A stretch of DNA of 64,000 nt, taken from Eubacteriales bacterium (lineage in GTDB: Bacteria; Bacillota; Clostridia; Oscillospirales; CAG-272). The notes under the pieces were generated by a model. The model did not search any database. It worked only from the letters and a program-made list of their open reading frames with translations, and was not told where the DNA came from. Position 1 is the first letter of the stretch. The number at the start of each line of letters is the position of its first letter. The position numbers and the translations under genes were made by a program. This document shows, one piece after another, positions 1 through 9,230 of this stretch. The stretch covers positions 62,614 to 126,613 of the forward strand of contig JAZTXV010000017.1 in assembly GCA_045636605.1 (NCBI GenBank). Reading direction: 5' to 3'.

Positions 1-63
1 CAGTCTGCTTGCAAGACAAGCTGCGGCGTAGCAAACCAGGAATGCGAAAATAGCGACAAATAA
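1..63 (+). CDS. scfA: SCIFF (six-cysteines-in-forty-five) RiPP precursor peptide, 3' end only (5' end lies outside the window)
   Basis: Frame 1 reads QSACKTSCGVANQECENSDK* with the stop at 61-63. This matches the conserved Cys-rich C-terminus of SCIFF peptides and sits directly upstream of a SPASM radical-SAM gene. Confidence 0.8.
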   Translation, partial: QSACKTSCGVANQECENSDK

Positions 64-80
64 TTTTCTCGCATAAATTA

Positions 81-116
81 AGGACTGTTTGTCGAAGGCA
101 AACAGTCCTCTTTATA
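81..116 (+). terminator. Stem-loop between scfA and scfB (attenuator or partial terminator)
   Basis: Perfect 11-bp stem aggactgtttg (81-91) / caaacagtcct (99-109) with a 7-nt loop, followed by a weak T-tract (ctttatat). Confidence 0.5.
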
Positions 117-265
117 TGACGGCTATTTCTCGGCACGAGATTGAGCCTTGGCAAAAAATAGCTTCAAGCTACTGCGTTGGAGCTCGGTTGCAGACAACTA
201 ACGAGGTGGCTTTTTAACTAAATCGGAAAATTTTAGTTCTCGGGACAGACCGAGTAGGAGATTTT

Positions 266-1639
266 ATGGTACATCAATACAAATTAGGCGGATACAATAT
301 CGTTCTTGACGTATGCTCCGGAGGCTTGCACGTTGTTGATGACGTTGCGTATGATATAATCGAGCTTTTTGAGAGCAAAGCAAGGGACGAAATAATAAAT
401 ATAATGTGTGAGCGCCACGCCGTTACACAGGATGAGGCGAGTGAATGCTACGAGCAGGTGCTTTCCCTTAAAAACAGCGGAAAGCTATTCACTCCCGACA
501 CCTTTGAGACAATGGCGGACACGTTGAAGAAAAAGACGGCGGGAGTAATCAAGGCGCTTTGCCTTCACGTTGCGCACACCTGCAATCTGAATTGCTCATA
601 TTGCTTTGCATCGCAGGGCAAATACCACGGAGAAAGGGCAGTTATGTCACTTGAGGTGGGTAAAAGAGCGCTTGATTTTCTGATAGAAAGCTCGGGTACA
701 AGAAGAAACCTCGAGGTTGACTTCTTCGGCGGCGAGCCACTTATGAATTTTGAAATGATAAAGGAGCTCGTGGCATACGCAAGAGAGCAGGAAAAGAAAT
801 TCAACAAGAATTTTCGCTTTACTCTGACCACGAACGGACTGTTGATAGATGATGACGTAATCGAGTTCTGCAACAAGGAAATGAGCAACGTTGTTTTGTC
901 GCTTGACGGCAGAAAAAGCGTACACGACAAATACAGGGTTGACTATGCGGGCAACGGAAGCTGGGAGAGAATTGTACCCAAGTTCCAAAGGCTCGTTGAG
1001 GCGAGAGGTGGCAAAAACTACTATATGAGAGGCACCTTCACTCACTCAAATCCCGATTTCCTTGAGGACATCAAGGTGATGCTCGACCTCGGCTTTACCG
1101 AGCTTAGCATGGAGCCGGTTGTTTGCGCAAAGGGCGATAGCGAGGAGCTGACGGAGCAGGATTTTCCGATAGTTTGCAAGCAATATGAGGACCTTGCCAC
1201 ACTTATGAGAGAAAGACGTGATGCGGGCAACGGCTTTACCTTTTATCACTATATGATTGACCTGAAGGGTGGCCCCTGTATCTATAAAAGAATATCCGGC
1301 TGTGGCTCGGGAACGGAATATATGGCGGTCACGCCGTGGGGAGATTTGTACCCCTGCCACCAATTCGTCGGAGAGGAGCGCTACAAGCTCGGCGACATCT
1401 ATAACGGAGTTACAAACAAGATAGCTCAGGACGAATTTGCGTCGTGTAACGTTTATGCACGTCCCGATTGTGCAGACTGCTGGGCAAAGCTTTACTGCTC
1501 AGGCGGCTGTGCGGCTAACGCATATCACGCAACGGGTAGCGTAAAGGGGATTTACGAATACGGATGCCGTCTTTTCAGAAAGAGAATGGAATGTGCGCTT
1601 ATGCTTGCAATAGATAAGGCATTGAAGGGAAACGGCTGA
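266..1639 (+). CDS. scfB: SCIFF radical SAM maturase (SPASM-domain, thioether-forming)
   Basis: CNLNCSYC (CX3CX2C) radical-SAM motif plus a C-terminal Cys-rich SPASM region (CGSG...CHQF...CADCWAKLYCSGGC). AGGAG RBS at 256-260. Adjacent to scfA. Confidence 0.9.
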   Translation: MVHQYKLGGYNIVLDVCSGGLHVVDDVAYDIIELFESKARDEIINIMCERHAVTQDEASECYEQVLSLKNSGKLFTPDTFETMADTLKKKTAGVIKALCLHVAHTCNLNCSYCFASQGKYHGERAVMSLEVGKRALDFLIESSGTRRNLEVDFFGGEPLMNFEMIKELVAYAREQEKKFNKNFRFTLTTNGLLIDDDVIEFCNKEMSNVVLSLDGRKSVHDKYRVDYAGNGSWERIVPKFQRLVEARGGKNYYMRGTFTHSNPDFLEDIKVMLDLGFTELSMEPVVCAKGDSEELTEQDFPIVCKQYEDLATLMRERRDAGNGFTFYHYMIDLKGGPCIYKRISGCGSGTEYMAVTPWGDLYPCHQFVGEERYKLGDIYNGVTNKIAQDEFASCNVYARPDCADCWAKLYCSGGCAANAYHATGSVKGIYEYGCRLFRKRMECALMLAIDKALKGNG

Positions 1640-2970
1640 TGAGGCTTTACGAAATAATAGAGCAGTATGCCGACTCTGACTCTGTAAGAGCGCATATGCC
1701 GGGACACAAGGGCAAGGGCGTGCTTTGTGATATGGAAAAATATGACATAACCGAAATTTTTCCGTTCGATTTCGATAAAAGCATCGAGCTTGCAACCGAG
1801 CGCTCAGAGGATATGCTGACCGAAATCTACGGTACAGCAAGAAGCATTTTTTCCACCGAGGGCTCGTCACTTTGCGTTCGTGCGATGCTATATTTGGCTA
1901 TGCTTCATTCGGGCAAGGCGGGTGGCTACATTATGGCATCAAGAAATGCCCATAAGTCACTCATATCTGCGGCGGCATTGCTTGATTTTGACATAAAATG
2001 GCTATATTCCGATGCTGATAAGAGCTATCTGAGCTGCGAAATCACACCCGATTATCTTGAAAAAATGCTTGGAGAGTGTGATAAAAAGCCGTTTTGCGTG
2101 TATATTACAAGCCCCGATTATCTTGGCAGGACAGCAAAAATATCGGCTCTTGCGAGGGTGTGCGAGGAACACGGAACGCTTCTTGTGGTCGATAACGCAC
2201 ACGGAGCGTATTTGAAATTCCTGGAGAATGACACACACCCAATCACTCAAGGGGCGCATTTGTGCTGTGACAGCGCCCACAAGACTCTGCCTGCGCTCAC
2301 GGGCGGAGCATATCTTCACATATCAAAAAAGGTAGAGGAGCTCTCGAAATATGCCACTGATGCCCGTGCGCTTTTCGGTAGCACGTCGCCGTCATATTTG
2401 ATACTTTCCTCGCTTGACAGGCTAAACGATTACCTCAAAAATGAATACAGGGAGCGACTTTTTGCCTTTACCTGCAAAATGAGCGCCCTGAAGGAGCGCC
2501 TTTGCGCCCTTGGCTATGAGGTGCTTGACGGTGAGCCGTTAAAGCTCGTTATAAATGCATCCTCCTACGGCTATTCGGGCAAGCAGATTGCCGATTATCT
2601 TGAAAAAAACGGCATAATCTACGAAATGTGCGATTTGAGCTATGTTGTGCTTATGCTCACACCCGAGAACACCGACGGCGAGCTTGAAAGAATATATTTT
2701 GCGCTATCCAAGCTGCCAAGAGGCGAAAAAGTAGACGAGCATGCGTGCGGAATTTGCGCCCCTGTGCGAGTAATGTCAATAAGGGAGGCGCTGATGTCAC
2801 CTAAAAAAAGAGTACCAGTAAGCGAGGCGATAGGCAAGGTCTGCGCATCAATTTGCACCTTTTGTCCCCCTGCCGTGTCGATTGTGGTGGCAGGCGAGCA
2901 AATTGATTCCTCGGTTGCATCAACACTTGTCCGCTACGGCTTCGAGCAAATCGACGTAATAGACAGATAA
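1639..2970 (+). CDS. PLP-dependent Orn/Lys/Arg decarboxylase family protein
   Basis: N-terminus ...RAHMPGHKGKG and an SAHKTLPALTGG PLP-lysine motif, typical of the major domain of this family. Its start overlaps the scfB stop by 1 nt (TGATG). Confidence 0.8.
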   Translation: MRLYEIIEQYADSDSVRAHMPGHKGKGVLCDMEKYDITEIFPFDFDKSIELATERSEDMLTEIYGTARSIFSTEGSSLCVRAMLYLAMLHSGKAGGYIMASRNAHKSLISAAALLDFDIKWLYSDADKSYLSCEITPDYLEKMLGECDKKPFCVYITSPDYLGRTAKISALARVCEEHGTLLVVDNAHGAYLKFLENDTHPITQGAHLCCDSAHKTLPALTGGAYLHISKKVEELSKYATDARALFGSTSPSYLILSSLDRLNDYLKNEYRERLFAFTCKMSALKERLCALGYEVLDGEPLKLVINASSYGYSGKQIADYLEKNGIIYEMCDLSYVVLMLTPENTDGELERIYFALSKLPRGEKVDEHACGICAPVRVMSIREALMSPKKRVPVSEAIGKVCASICTFCPPAVSIVVAGEQIDSSVASTLVRYGFEQIDVIDR

Positions 2971-2993
2971 AATATACACATTAAAATCAAAAG

Positions 2994-3020
2994 AGCAGGA
3001 CACGTGTCCTGCTCTTTTTG
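2994..3020. terminator. Bidirectional rho-independent terminator
   Basis: 22-nt perfect palindrome gagcaggacacgtgtcctgctc flanked by an A-run and a T-run. It lies between convergent genes. Confidence 0.7.
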
Positions 3021-3124
3021 TATTTAACTGATAGGAATGAATTTTCCGTCAACTAAAATCCCCGGAGTTTTTCTTTCGTCCTCAATCAAAATAACGTTGT
3101 TGCCACGCTATCTCCGTTTTGGGT

Positions 3125-5494
3125 TTATTGATACGGGAAGAAATCTCCGTTTTCAAAGAAGCCCTTGACGGTTGTGTCATTGGCTGTCAGAGTTGCCTCT
3201 CTTGCGTTGCCTGTTGATTGGAATACGCCCTTAATAATAGCGCCCGTATGCAAGGTAAGAGTTCCCTCGCCGTTCCAATCTCCAAGAGCCCAGCGTCCCT
3301 CATAGATATCGCCGTTTGTGTATCTCATCACACCTTGACCGTGGGGGAAATTACGCTTATTTCTTTCTCCCTCGTATGAGCCGCTCATGGTTGTATCGAA
3401 CATAACGTAGGTGCTATCGGAGTCGAGTGCGCCACCGTCATTCTCGGAGTCACACACGGACTCATCCTCGCTTGGAGAGTATGTCGGGCAATCGTCACTT
3501 TCAAATGAATCGTCACCCGTCAACGAATCGCAAGATGGGTAATCGTCATTTGATGAGCATATCGGAGCATCCTCGTCGGGAATTTCGATGCCGTCAAGGC
3601 AGTCGAGGTCGTCAAGTGTCGGAATAGTGCGCTTTCTTGGAAGCGGAGCCCTGTTTATCGGCTCGTCACCCTCGATAAATTCACCGTCAACGAGCTGTCC
3701 GTAGCGAACCCTTTCCATATTTTCAAAGAATGTAACGTTAGAGGAATTGTTGCACGATTGCCAGAAAGCAGAGAAGATTGAGCCGTTAACCCAAAGCACA
3801 CCCTTGCCGTGCCAAGCATCGCCTCTCCATTCGCCACGGTAAGCCTTGCCGTTTGCATAAATCATAATGCCCTTGCCGTGTCTGCTTCCGTTTTTCCAGT
3901 TGCCCGAATATACACTGCCGCTTGCGTATGTCATAATACCCATGCCGTGTAGCTCAAGGCCGCAAATTTCACCCTTATATGTGTCGCCCGAGGGATATTT
4001 TACTCTGCCGATAGCCTTGTCATCCTCAATGAAATTTCCCAAAATAACCGTGCCGTCGTGCAAGGTATATCTGCCTATTCCAAAGGGTACATCATCCTTC
4101 CAAGCTCCCTCGTAAACGTCGCCGTCGGAGCTTATATATCTGCCGTAACCGTTAAAGCAGCCGTCAACGAAATCGCCCTCGTATGACGAGCCGTCGCTCC
4201 AAACGTATTTGCCACTACCGTTCGGCTTTCCATTAACGGAATCGCCCTCGTAGTAGCTGCCATCGTCCCAAACGTATTTGACCTTATCGTTCGGCTCATG
4301 GTCAGACTCCTCATAGTCAGACTCCTCGTAGTCAGACTCCTCATAGTCAGACTCCTCGTAGTCGGAATCCTCGTAGTCGGAATCCTCGTAGTCAAGGTCG
4401 TCATAGCCGTCATTTTCGTCGTCAATGTCACGCTTGCTGTCGTCGCCGTCAAGCTCGCACGCATCAACCTCATCGTCCTCGTCTGCGACAGGTGGCTCCT
4501 GCGGATCTGTGGAGTCCGTTGTGTTACAGCAGCCGCAAACTGTTTCTCCGTTAAGAATTTTATTTAAATTAGATGCAATTATCTCGGCATCACGGGAAAA
4601 ATCTGTCGAATTTGAAGGGTTTACCTCGGCTTCCTCGTCAATTTCCTCAATAAGATTGCCGTTTTCCCAAATGCCTCTTTTTACCTCGCCGCTTGCGAGA
4701 AAAAGCTCGCCGTAGCCGTTAAAGTCGCCGTCAACGAACTCACCGACATATGTGCCGGCAGAGGAAACGCTTCTGCCGGTGCCGTTTGCATAGCCGTTTC
4801 TGAATTCACCCTCGTAGTATGAGCCGTCGTCGAAGGTGATTCGTCCAACGCCGTTGGGAATTCCGCCTTCGTCAGAGTCGCCCTCATATGTAAAGCTTGC
4901 CCTTTCGTGCTCACTTAAGCTATCGCTTGAGTCAATAGACGGACATCCAAAGGCACGAATATCATTGTCAGCACGGCTTGAGCGCTTGTCAAACGGCTCA
5001 CGACAGTGGTCGCCCTCAACGAACTCACCGTTCTTGAAGGTACCCTCAAACCTTTCACCGCTTGGCAAAATAAGTCTGCCTATTCCGTGATATACGCCGC
5101 AGCTGAAGCCACCCTCGTAGGTTGTACCGTCAGGCAAGGAAAGCCTGCCCATTCCGTCAAAGCTTCCTTGAACGAATGCGCCCTCGTAGGCTGTGCCGTC
5201 ACCGAGAGTGAGCCTGCCCATTCCGTCGTAAAGACCGTTAAGGAAGCTTCCCTCATAGTTCACACCCGTTTCAAGAGAGAGCTTGCCAAGACCGTTGAAA
5301 TCGCCGTTGACAAAGTTACCCTCATAGGCAGCGCCCCTGGAAATCGCCAAAACGCCATAGCCGTTAAACTCACCGTTCACAAAGCCACCCTCGTAAACGA
5401 GCTCATTAGGCTTTGTAAAAACGCCTCTGCCCTCGGGAAGATTGTTTTGGTTTACGGCTCCGTCGTAGATTCCGTTTTTAAAATCAAATTTCAT
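3125..5494 (-). CDS. MORN-repeat protein with an acidic DYE(D/E)S linker
   Basis: About 20 YEGxxxxGxxxGxG MORN units in two blocks. I prefer the start at M23 of the track ORF (ATG at 5494, AAAGGA RBS). No signal peptide. Confidence 0.85.
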   Translation of the reverse strand: MKFDFKNGIYDGAVNQNNLPEGRGVFTKPNELVYEGGFVNGEFNGYGVLAISRGAAYEGNFVNGDFNGLGKLSLETGVNYEGSFLNGLYDGMGRLTLGDGTAYEGAFVQGSFDGMGRLSLPDGTTYEGGFSCGVYHGIGRLILPSGERFEGTFKNGEFVEGDHCREPFDKRSSRADNDIRAFGCPSIDSSDSLSEHERASFTYEGDSDEGGIPNGVGRITFDDGSYYEGEFRNGYANGTGRSVSSAGTYVGEFVDGDFNGYGELFLASGEVKRGIWENGNLIEEIDEEAEVNPSNSTDFSRDAEIIASNLNKILNGETVCGCCNTTDSTDPQEPPVADEDDEVDACELDGDDSKRDIDDENDGYDDLDYEDSDYEDSDYEESDYEESDYEESDYEESDHEPNDKVKYVWDDGSYYEGDSVNGKPNGSGKYVWSDGSSYEGDFVDGCFNGYGRYISSDGDVYEGAWKDDVPFGIGRYTLHDGTVILGNFIEDDKAIGRVKYPSGDTYKGEICGLELHGMGIMTYASGSVYSGNWKNGSRHGKGIMIYANGKAYRGEWRGDAWHGKGVLWVNGSIFSAFWQSCNNSSNVTFFENMERVRYGQLVDGEFIEGDEPINRAPLPRKRTIPTLDDLDCLDGIEIPDEDAPICSSNDDYPSCDSLTGDDSFESDDCPTYSPSEDESVCDSENDGGALDSDSTYVMFDTTMSGSYEGERNKRNFPHGQGVMRYTNGDIYEGRWALGDWNGEGTLTLHTGAIIKGVFQSTGNAREATLTANDTTVKGFFENGDFFPYQ
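4301..4405 (-). repeat. In-frame 15-bp tandem repeat, 7 units
   Basis: gtcagactcctc(a/g)ta x4, gtcggaatcctcgta x2 and one degenerate unit. Encodes DYEDSDYEDSDYEESDYEESDYEESDYEESD. Confidence 0.9.
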
Positions 5495-5577
5495 ATATTG
5501 TCCTTTCGTGTGGGGCTGTATCACGGAATACGCCGTGACAGAGCCCCCTGTAAAAAGCAAAATTAAGTTAGCGGCAA

Positions 5578-7779
5578 TTAGTCCTCAGATGGATAGAAGG
5601 CGCCGTAGCGCATAGAGCCACGAACAGATGTGCCACCGTCAATGAGCTCAAGAGAATCGCTATCCTTGAAATCTCTGAACATTCCCGTGTAGGTATGACC
5701 GTCACTTGATATGTAAACGCCCTTTCCAAGCCACTTGCCGTATGACCAGAAGCCGTTATATATATCTCCGCTTGCATAGCGCATCAAGCCCTTGCCGTGA
5801 GGCTGTCCGTAGTTGTTTCTTGCGCCCTCGTATGTGTCCTCGGCGGGTGGGGGCAGAGAGGAGTCGGGAATTTCAATTTCTGCATCATCGTCGGATTCCT
5901 CGTCGCCAAAGCCGCTAAGAATACCGAAGCCGTCATCGTCGTCATCATCGTCATCGGAGAAGAAGCTCATAAAGCCCTTGCCCGATTCCTCCTCGTTACG
6001 CTTAACGGGAGCCTCTGATGAAGCTGCGGTGCCTGATGTGAATACATCGTCATTTGTCTCAACGGGAGTGTTGACGGGCTCGTTCATCACAACATCGTCA
6101 ACGGGTGTGTCGAAAATTTCATCGTCGATCTCCTCGACGGAAATTACGGGAGCCTTTGCGCTCGGAGTCGGACGTGACGGTGCGTGGATTGCACCAGGTC
6201 TTGACATAGGAGTCTTTGTTCCCGTGCTGCCCGCAGGTCTTGCAGGTCTTGTGGGTGCCGCAGGCCTTGTAGGAGCGGTCGGAGCAGGCCTTGAAGAAGC
6301 GCTCGGCCTTGAAACAGAGGGCCTTGCAAATGATGAACCCGAGCTCGAAGCGGATGCTGCGGAGCTTCCTTGGAACTCGCCCTCTATCCATTCGCCCTCT
6401 TGAACCGTACCATCGGCAGATGTTAGCTTGCCGAAGCCGTGATAGTTGTCATTTTTGAACTCGCCCTCGTAAACGTCGCCGTCTGCATATACACGTATGC
6501 CGTGACCGTTGAAGTCGCCGTCAACGAATTCGCCCTCGTAGTAGCTGTTTTCGCTCCATACGTACTTACCGAAGCCCTGACGCTTGCCCTCAAAGTATTC
6601 ACCCTCGTAGTAGGAGCCGTCCTCAACCCATACGTATTTACCCTTACCGTGCTGCTTATCGCTTTTCCATTCGCCTATGTAGTAATTTCCGCTTTCCCAA
6701 ACACGCTTACCGTGACCGTTGAAATCGCCGTCAACGAAATCACCCTCGTAGTAGCTGTTCTCGTTCCAAACGTATTTACCCTTACCGCAACGCTTGCCCT
6801 CAACGTAGTCGCCCTCGTAGTAGGAGCCGTCGTCAGCCCAGGTATATCTACCTCTGCCGTGCTGGTTGTCGTCCTTCCATTCGCCGACATAGTAGTTTCC
6901 GCTTTCCCAGACACGCTTACCGAAGCCGTTGAAGTTGCCGTCGGCAAACTCGCCCTCATAGTAGCTGTGCTCATTCCAAGCATAGCAGCCGTGTCCTGTA
7001 CGCTGTCCGTCAACGAAATCACCGTCGTAATAGGAGCCGTCCTCCCAGGTATATGTTCCGCTTCCGTGACGCTTATCATTACGCCACTCACCCTCATAGT
7101 GTGAGCCATCGGGCCACGAATAAACACCGAAGCCCTCGAAGTTACCGTCAACAAACTCACCCTCATATCGCTTTCCGTCGCTCCATTTAAGCACGCCGTA
7201 GCCCTCGGGCCTTCCGTTAGAGCCAACAGGGCCGGTATATGTAGCGCCCGCAAAGGAAATTGTTCTTGACGAGCCTCTTGATGAGTGTCTTGGCGGAGTT
7301 CTCTTTGTCGGTGGCGGAGCAGTCCTTGACGGAACCTTCGCAAAGGAATTTCCGCTCATATCAAATGAGTCCGTTGAGCTGAAATCCTGTGTCCAGTCGT
7401 AGCCGCCATCCTCGGGGACTTCAATCTCGGGCTCGACCAATTCGTCATCGTCGTCATCGTCGTCAAAGTTTTCGACGGTAGTGCCGAAATCGTTCATCCA
7501 ATCGTCGCTTGCGGAGCTGAAATCGTTTGTCCAATCATAGCTCGAGCTTGACGTGCGTGACGAGCCGAACGTATCGTTTGTCCATTCGCCCTCCTGCTCG
7601 GTGCCGTTTGCGAATTTCATTTTGCCGTGGCCGTGTCTTTTTCCGTTTTGCCACTCGCCCTCGTAAACGTCGCCGTTATTCCAATAAAATGTTCCCTTGC
7701 CGTGAGGCTCATCGGCGTCATTAAACTCGCCCATATAGAAGCCGTCGTCGGTTGTGATAGATTTGTTATTCGTTTCCAT
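5578..7779 (-). CDS. MORN-repeat protein with Pro/Ser/Ala-rich and poly-Asp linkers
   Basis: Many YEGE(F/W)xxGxxxGxG units. AAGGGGA RBS. Starts 20 nt after the upstream paralog's stop. Confidence 0.85.
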   Translation of the reverse strand: METNNKSITTDDGFYMGEFNDADEPHGKGTFYWNNGDVYEGEWQNGKRHGHGKMKFANGTEQEGEWTNDTFGSSRTSSSSYDWTNDFSSASDDWMNDFGTTVENFDDDDDDDELVEPEIEVPEDGGYDWTQDFSSTDSFDMSGNSFAKVPSRTAPPPTKRTPPRHSSRGSSRTISFAGATYTGPVGSNGRPEGYGVLKWSDGKRYEGEFVDGNFEGFGVYSWPDGSHYEGEWRNDKRHGSGTYTWEDGSYYDGDFVDGQRTGHGCYAWNEHSYYEGEFADGNFNGFGKRVWESGNYYVGEWKDDNQHGRGRYTWADDGSYYEGDYVEGKRCGKGKYVWNENSYYEGDFVDGDFNGHGKRVWESGNYYIGEWKSDKQHGKGKYVWVEDGSYYEGEYFEGKRQGFGKYVWSENSYYEGEFVDGDFNGHGIRVYADGDVYEGEFKNDNYHGFGKLTSADGTVQEGEWIEGEFQGSSAASASSSGSSFARPSVSRPSASSRPAPTAPTRPAAPTRPARPAGSTGTKTPMSRPGAIHAPSRPTPSAKAPVISVEEIDDEIFDTPVDDVVMNEPVNTPVETNDDVFTSGTAASSEAPVKRNEEESGKGFMSFFSDDDDDDDDGFGILSGFGDEESDDDAEIEIPDSSLPPPAEDTYEGARNNYGQPHGKGLMRYASGDIYNGFWSYGKWLGKGVYISSDGHTYTGMFRDFKDSDSLELIDGGTSVRGSMRYGAFYPSED

Positions 7780-7799
7780 AGCTTTCCCCTTAAATTATC

Positions 7800-9230
7800 T
7801 TAATCGGCACGAAAATCGCCGTCAGTCATCGTTCCGTGTATAGCTCTTCCGTTCAAGAAAAGAGTTACGTTCAAGCTGCGCTTTGTTGACGAGAAGTAGC
7901 CCTTATATACCTTTCCATCGGGCAACGTATATGTGCCCTGCTTGTACCATTCGCCGTAAGCCCAGCCACCGTCATAGGTTGAGCCGTCTGCGTAGAACAT
8001 CTTTCCTCTGCCGTGTGGCTGTCCCTTGAAGTTCTTTTCACCGTCGTAAACGTCGCTTTGCTCGTCGGGAGTAAACTCAAAGCCCGTCATAGAGCCGTCT
8101 GTTTCCCTTCCGCCGATAGTCTTTATAACCATCTCGGACTCTCCGCAGTCGCTCCAATAGCTTGAATAATAGGTAACGCTCTCGCCGTTCTCGGAGGTTG
8201 TATATGTACCCGAGCCACGCCAAGCGCCGTCCTCCCATTCGCCATCAAAGAAATTGCCGTCAGCATATGTGTATTTACCCTTGCCGAAGAAGGTATTTTC
8301 ACGGAAATCACCCTCGTAAACGTCACCGTTTTCCATAGTGAGTGTTCCGTGACCGTTGATTTGGTCGTTTTCGTATTCGCCATCGTAGCTTGAGCCGTCG
8401 GAGAAATTACAGTGCGCCTCTCCTGAGAGCTGACCGTCAACGAATGTGCCCTCGAAGACGTCACCCGAATCCCAGGTCTTTTTACCACGGCCGTTTATAG
8501 CGCCGTTTTCCCAATCACCCTCATAGGTGCATTCGTATTCGTCCCAGCGAATAGAGCCGAAGCCGTGCGGAAGTCCGTCTGAGTTTATCTGTCCCGCATA
8601 GATTCCGCCGTCATATTCGTAATCCTCAACGTCGGAGAGGGAGTCCTCGGAAATCTCCTCAAATTCGTCCTCGTCGTCAACCAAATCGGTTGCCGCATCA
8701 AGAATTTCGTTCTCAAGGTCGGTAAAGTCAAGGCCGTCATCCTCGCCCTCGTCATTATCGGTAACCTCGTTGTACGTGTCGTTGCCCATAGGGAAGTCGT
8801 CAACGTCTGTCGGATTTTCCGCCATTGTTGTTCCGAAATCGTTTGTCCAATCGTAGCCGCTGTCGCCGGAGTCATCGCAATCGTAATCATCGCTTCCGCT
8901 TATCGTGCTATCGTCGCCCTCGTCGTCCTCGTCGTCAAAATTTTCAACGGTCGTGCCGAAATCGTTCATCCAATCGTCGCTCGTGGAGCTGAAATCGCTT
9001 GACCAATCGTTTGAGTTGAACGAGTCGTATGACCATTCGCCCTCCTGCTCGGTGCCGTTTGCGAATTTCATTTTTCCGTGGCCGTGTCTTTTTCCGATTT
9101 GCCACTCGCCCTCATAAACGTCTCCGTTGTTCCAATAAAATGTTCCTGTGCCGTGCGGCTCGTTTGCGTCGTTAAAGTCACCCATGTAGAAGCCGTCGTC
9201 AGTTGTGATGGATTTGTTGCTGCTTGCCAT
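7800..9230 (-). CDS. MORN-repeat protein (paralog, first gene of a three-gene set)
   Basis: MORN units. The N-terminal ~100 aa are nearly identical to the 5578-7779 product. GGGGGA RBS. Confidence 0.85.
   Translation of the reverse strand: MASSNKSITTDDGFYMGDFNDANEPHGTGTFYWNNGDVYEGEWQIGKRHGHGKMKFANGTEQEGEWSYDSFNSNDWSSDFSSTSDDWMNDFGTTVENFDDEDDEGDDSTISGSDDYDCDDSGDSGYDWTNDFGTTMAENPTDVDDFPMGNDTYNEVTDNDEGEDDGLDFTDLENEILDAATDLVDDEDEFEEISEDSLSDVEDYEYDGGIYAGQINSDGLPHGFGSIRWDEYECTYEGDWENGAINGRGKKTWDSGDVFEGTFVDGQLSGEAHCNFSDGSSYDGEYENDQINGHGTLTMENGDVYEGDFRENTFFGKGKYTYADGNFFDGEWEDGAWRGSGTYTTSENGESVTYYSSYWSDCGESEMVIKTIGGRETDGSMTGFEFTPDEQSDVYDGEKNFKGQPHGRGKMFYADGSTYDGGWAYGEWYKQGTYTLPDGKVYKGYFSSTKRSLNVTLFLNGRAIHGTMTDGDFRAD

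Noticed and set aside
3125-5560. Track-proposed upstream starts for several genes (5560, 12576, 27589, 29031, 38852, 50494, 51507, 57940).
   Set aside because: In each case an internal ATG is preceded by a good Shine-Dalgarno sequence at proper spacing and matches the family's usual N-terminus. The upstream extension has no RBS or overlaps the neighbouring gene.
5006-7343. Long alternative-frame and antisense ORFs inside the MORN genes (for example 5006-5566 +, 5813-6403 +, 6439-7104 +, 6675-7343 -).
   Set aside because: They overlap well-supported MORN coding frames. Their translations are low-complexity strings (V/A/T/S-rich) produced by the repetitive codon composition. They have no RBS or recognisable domains.
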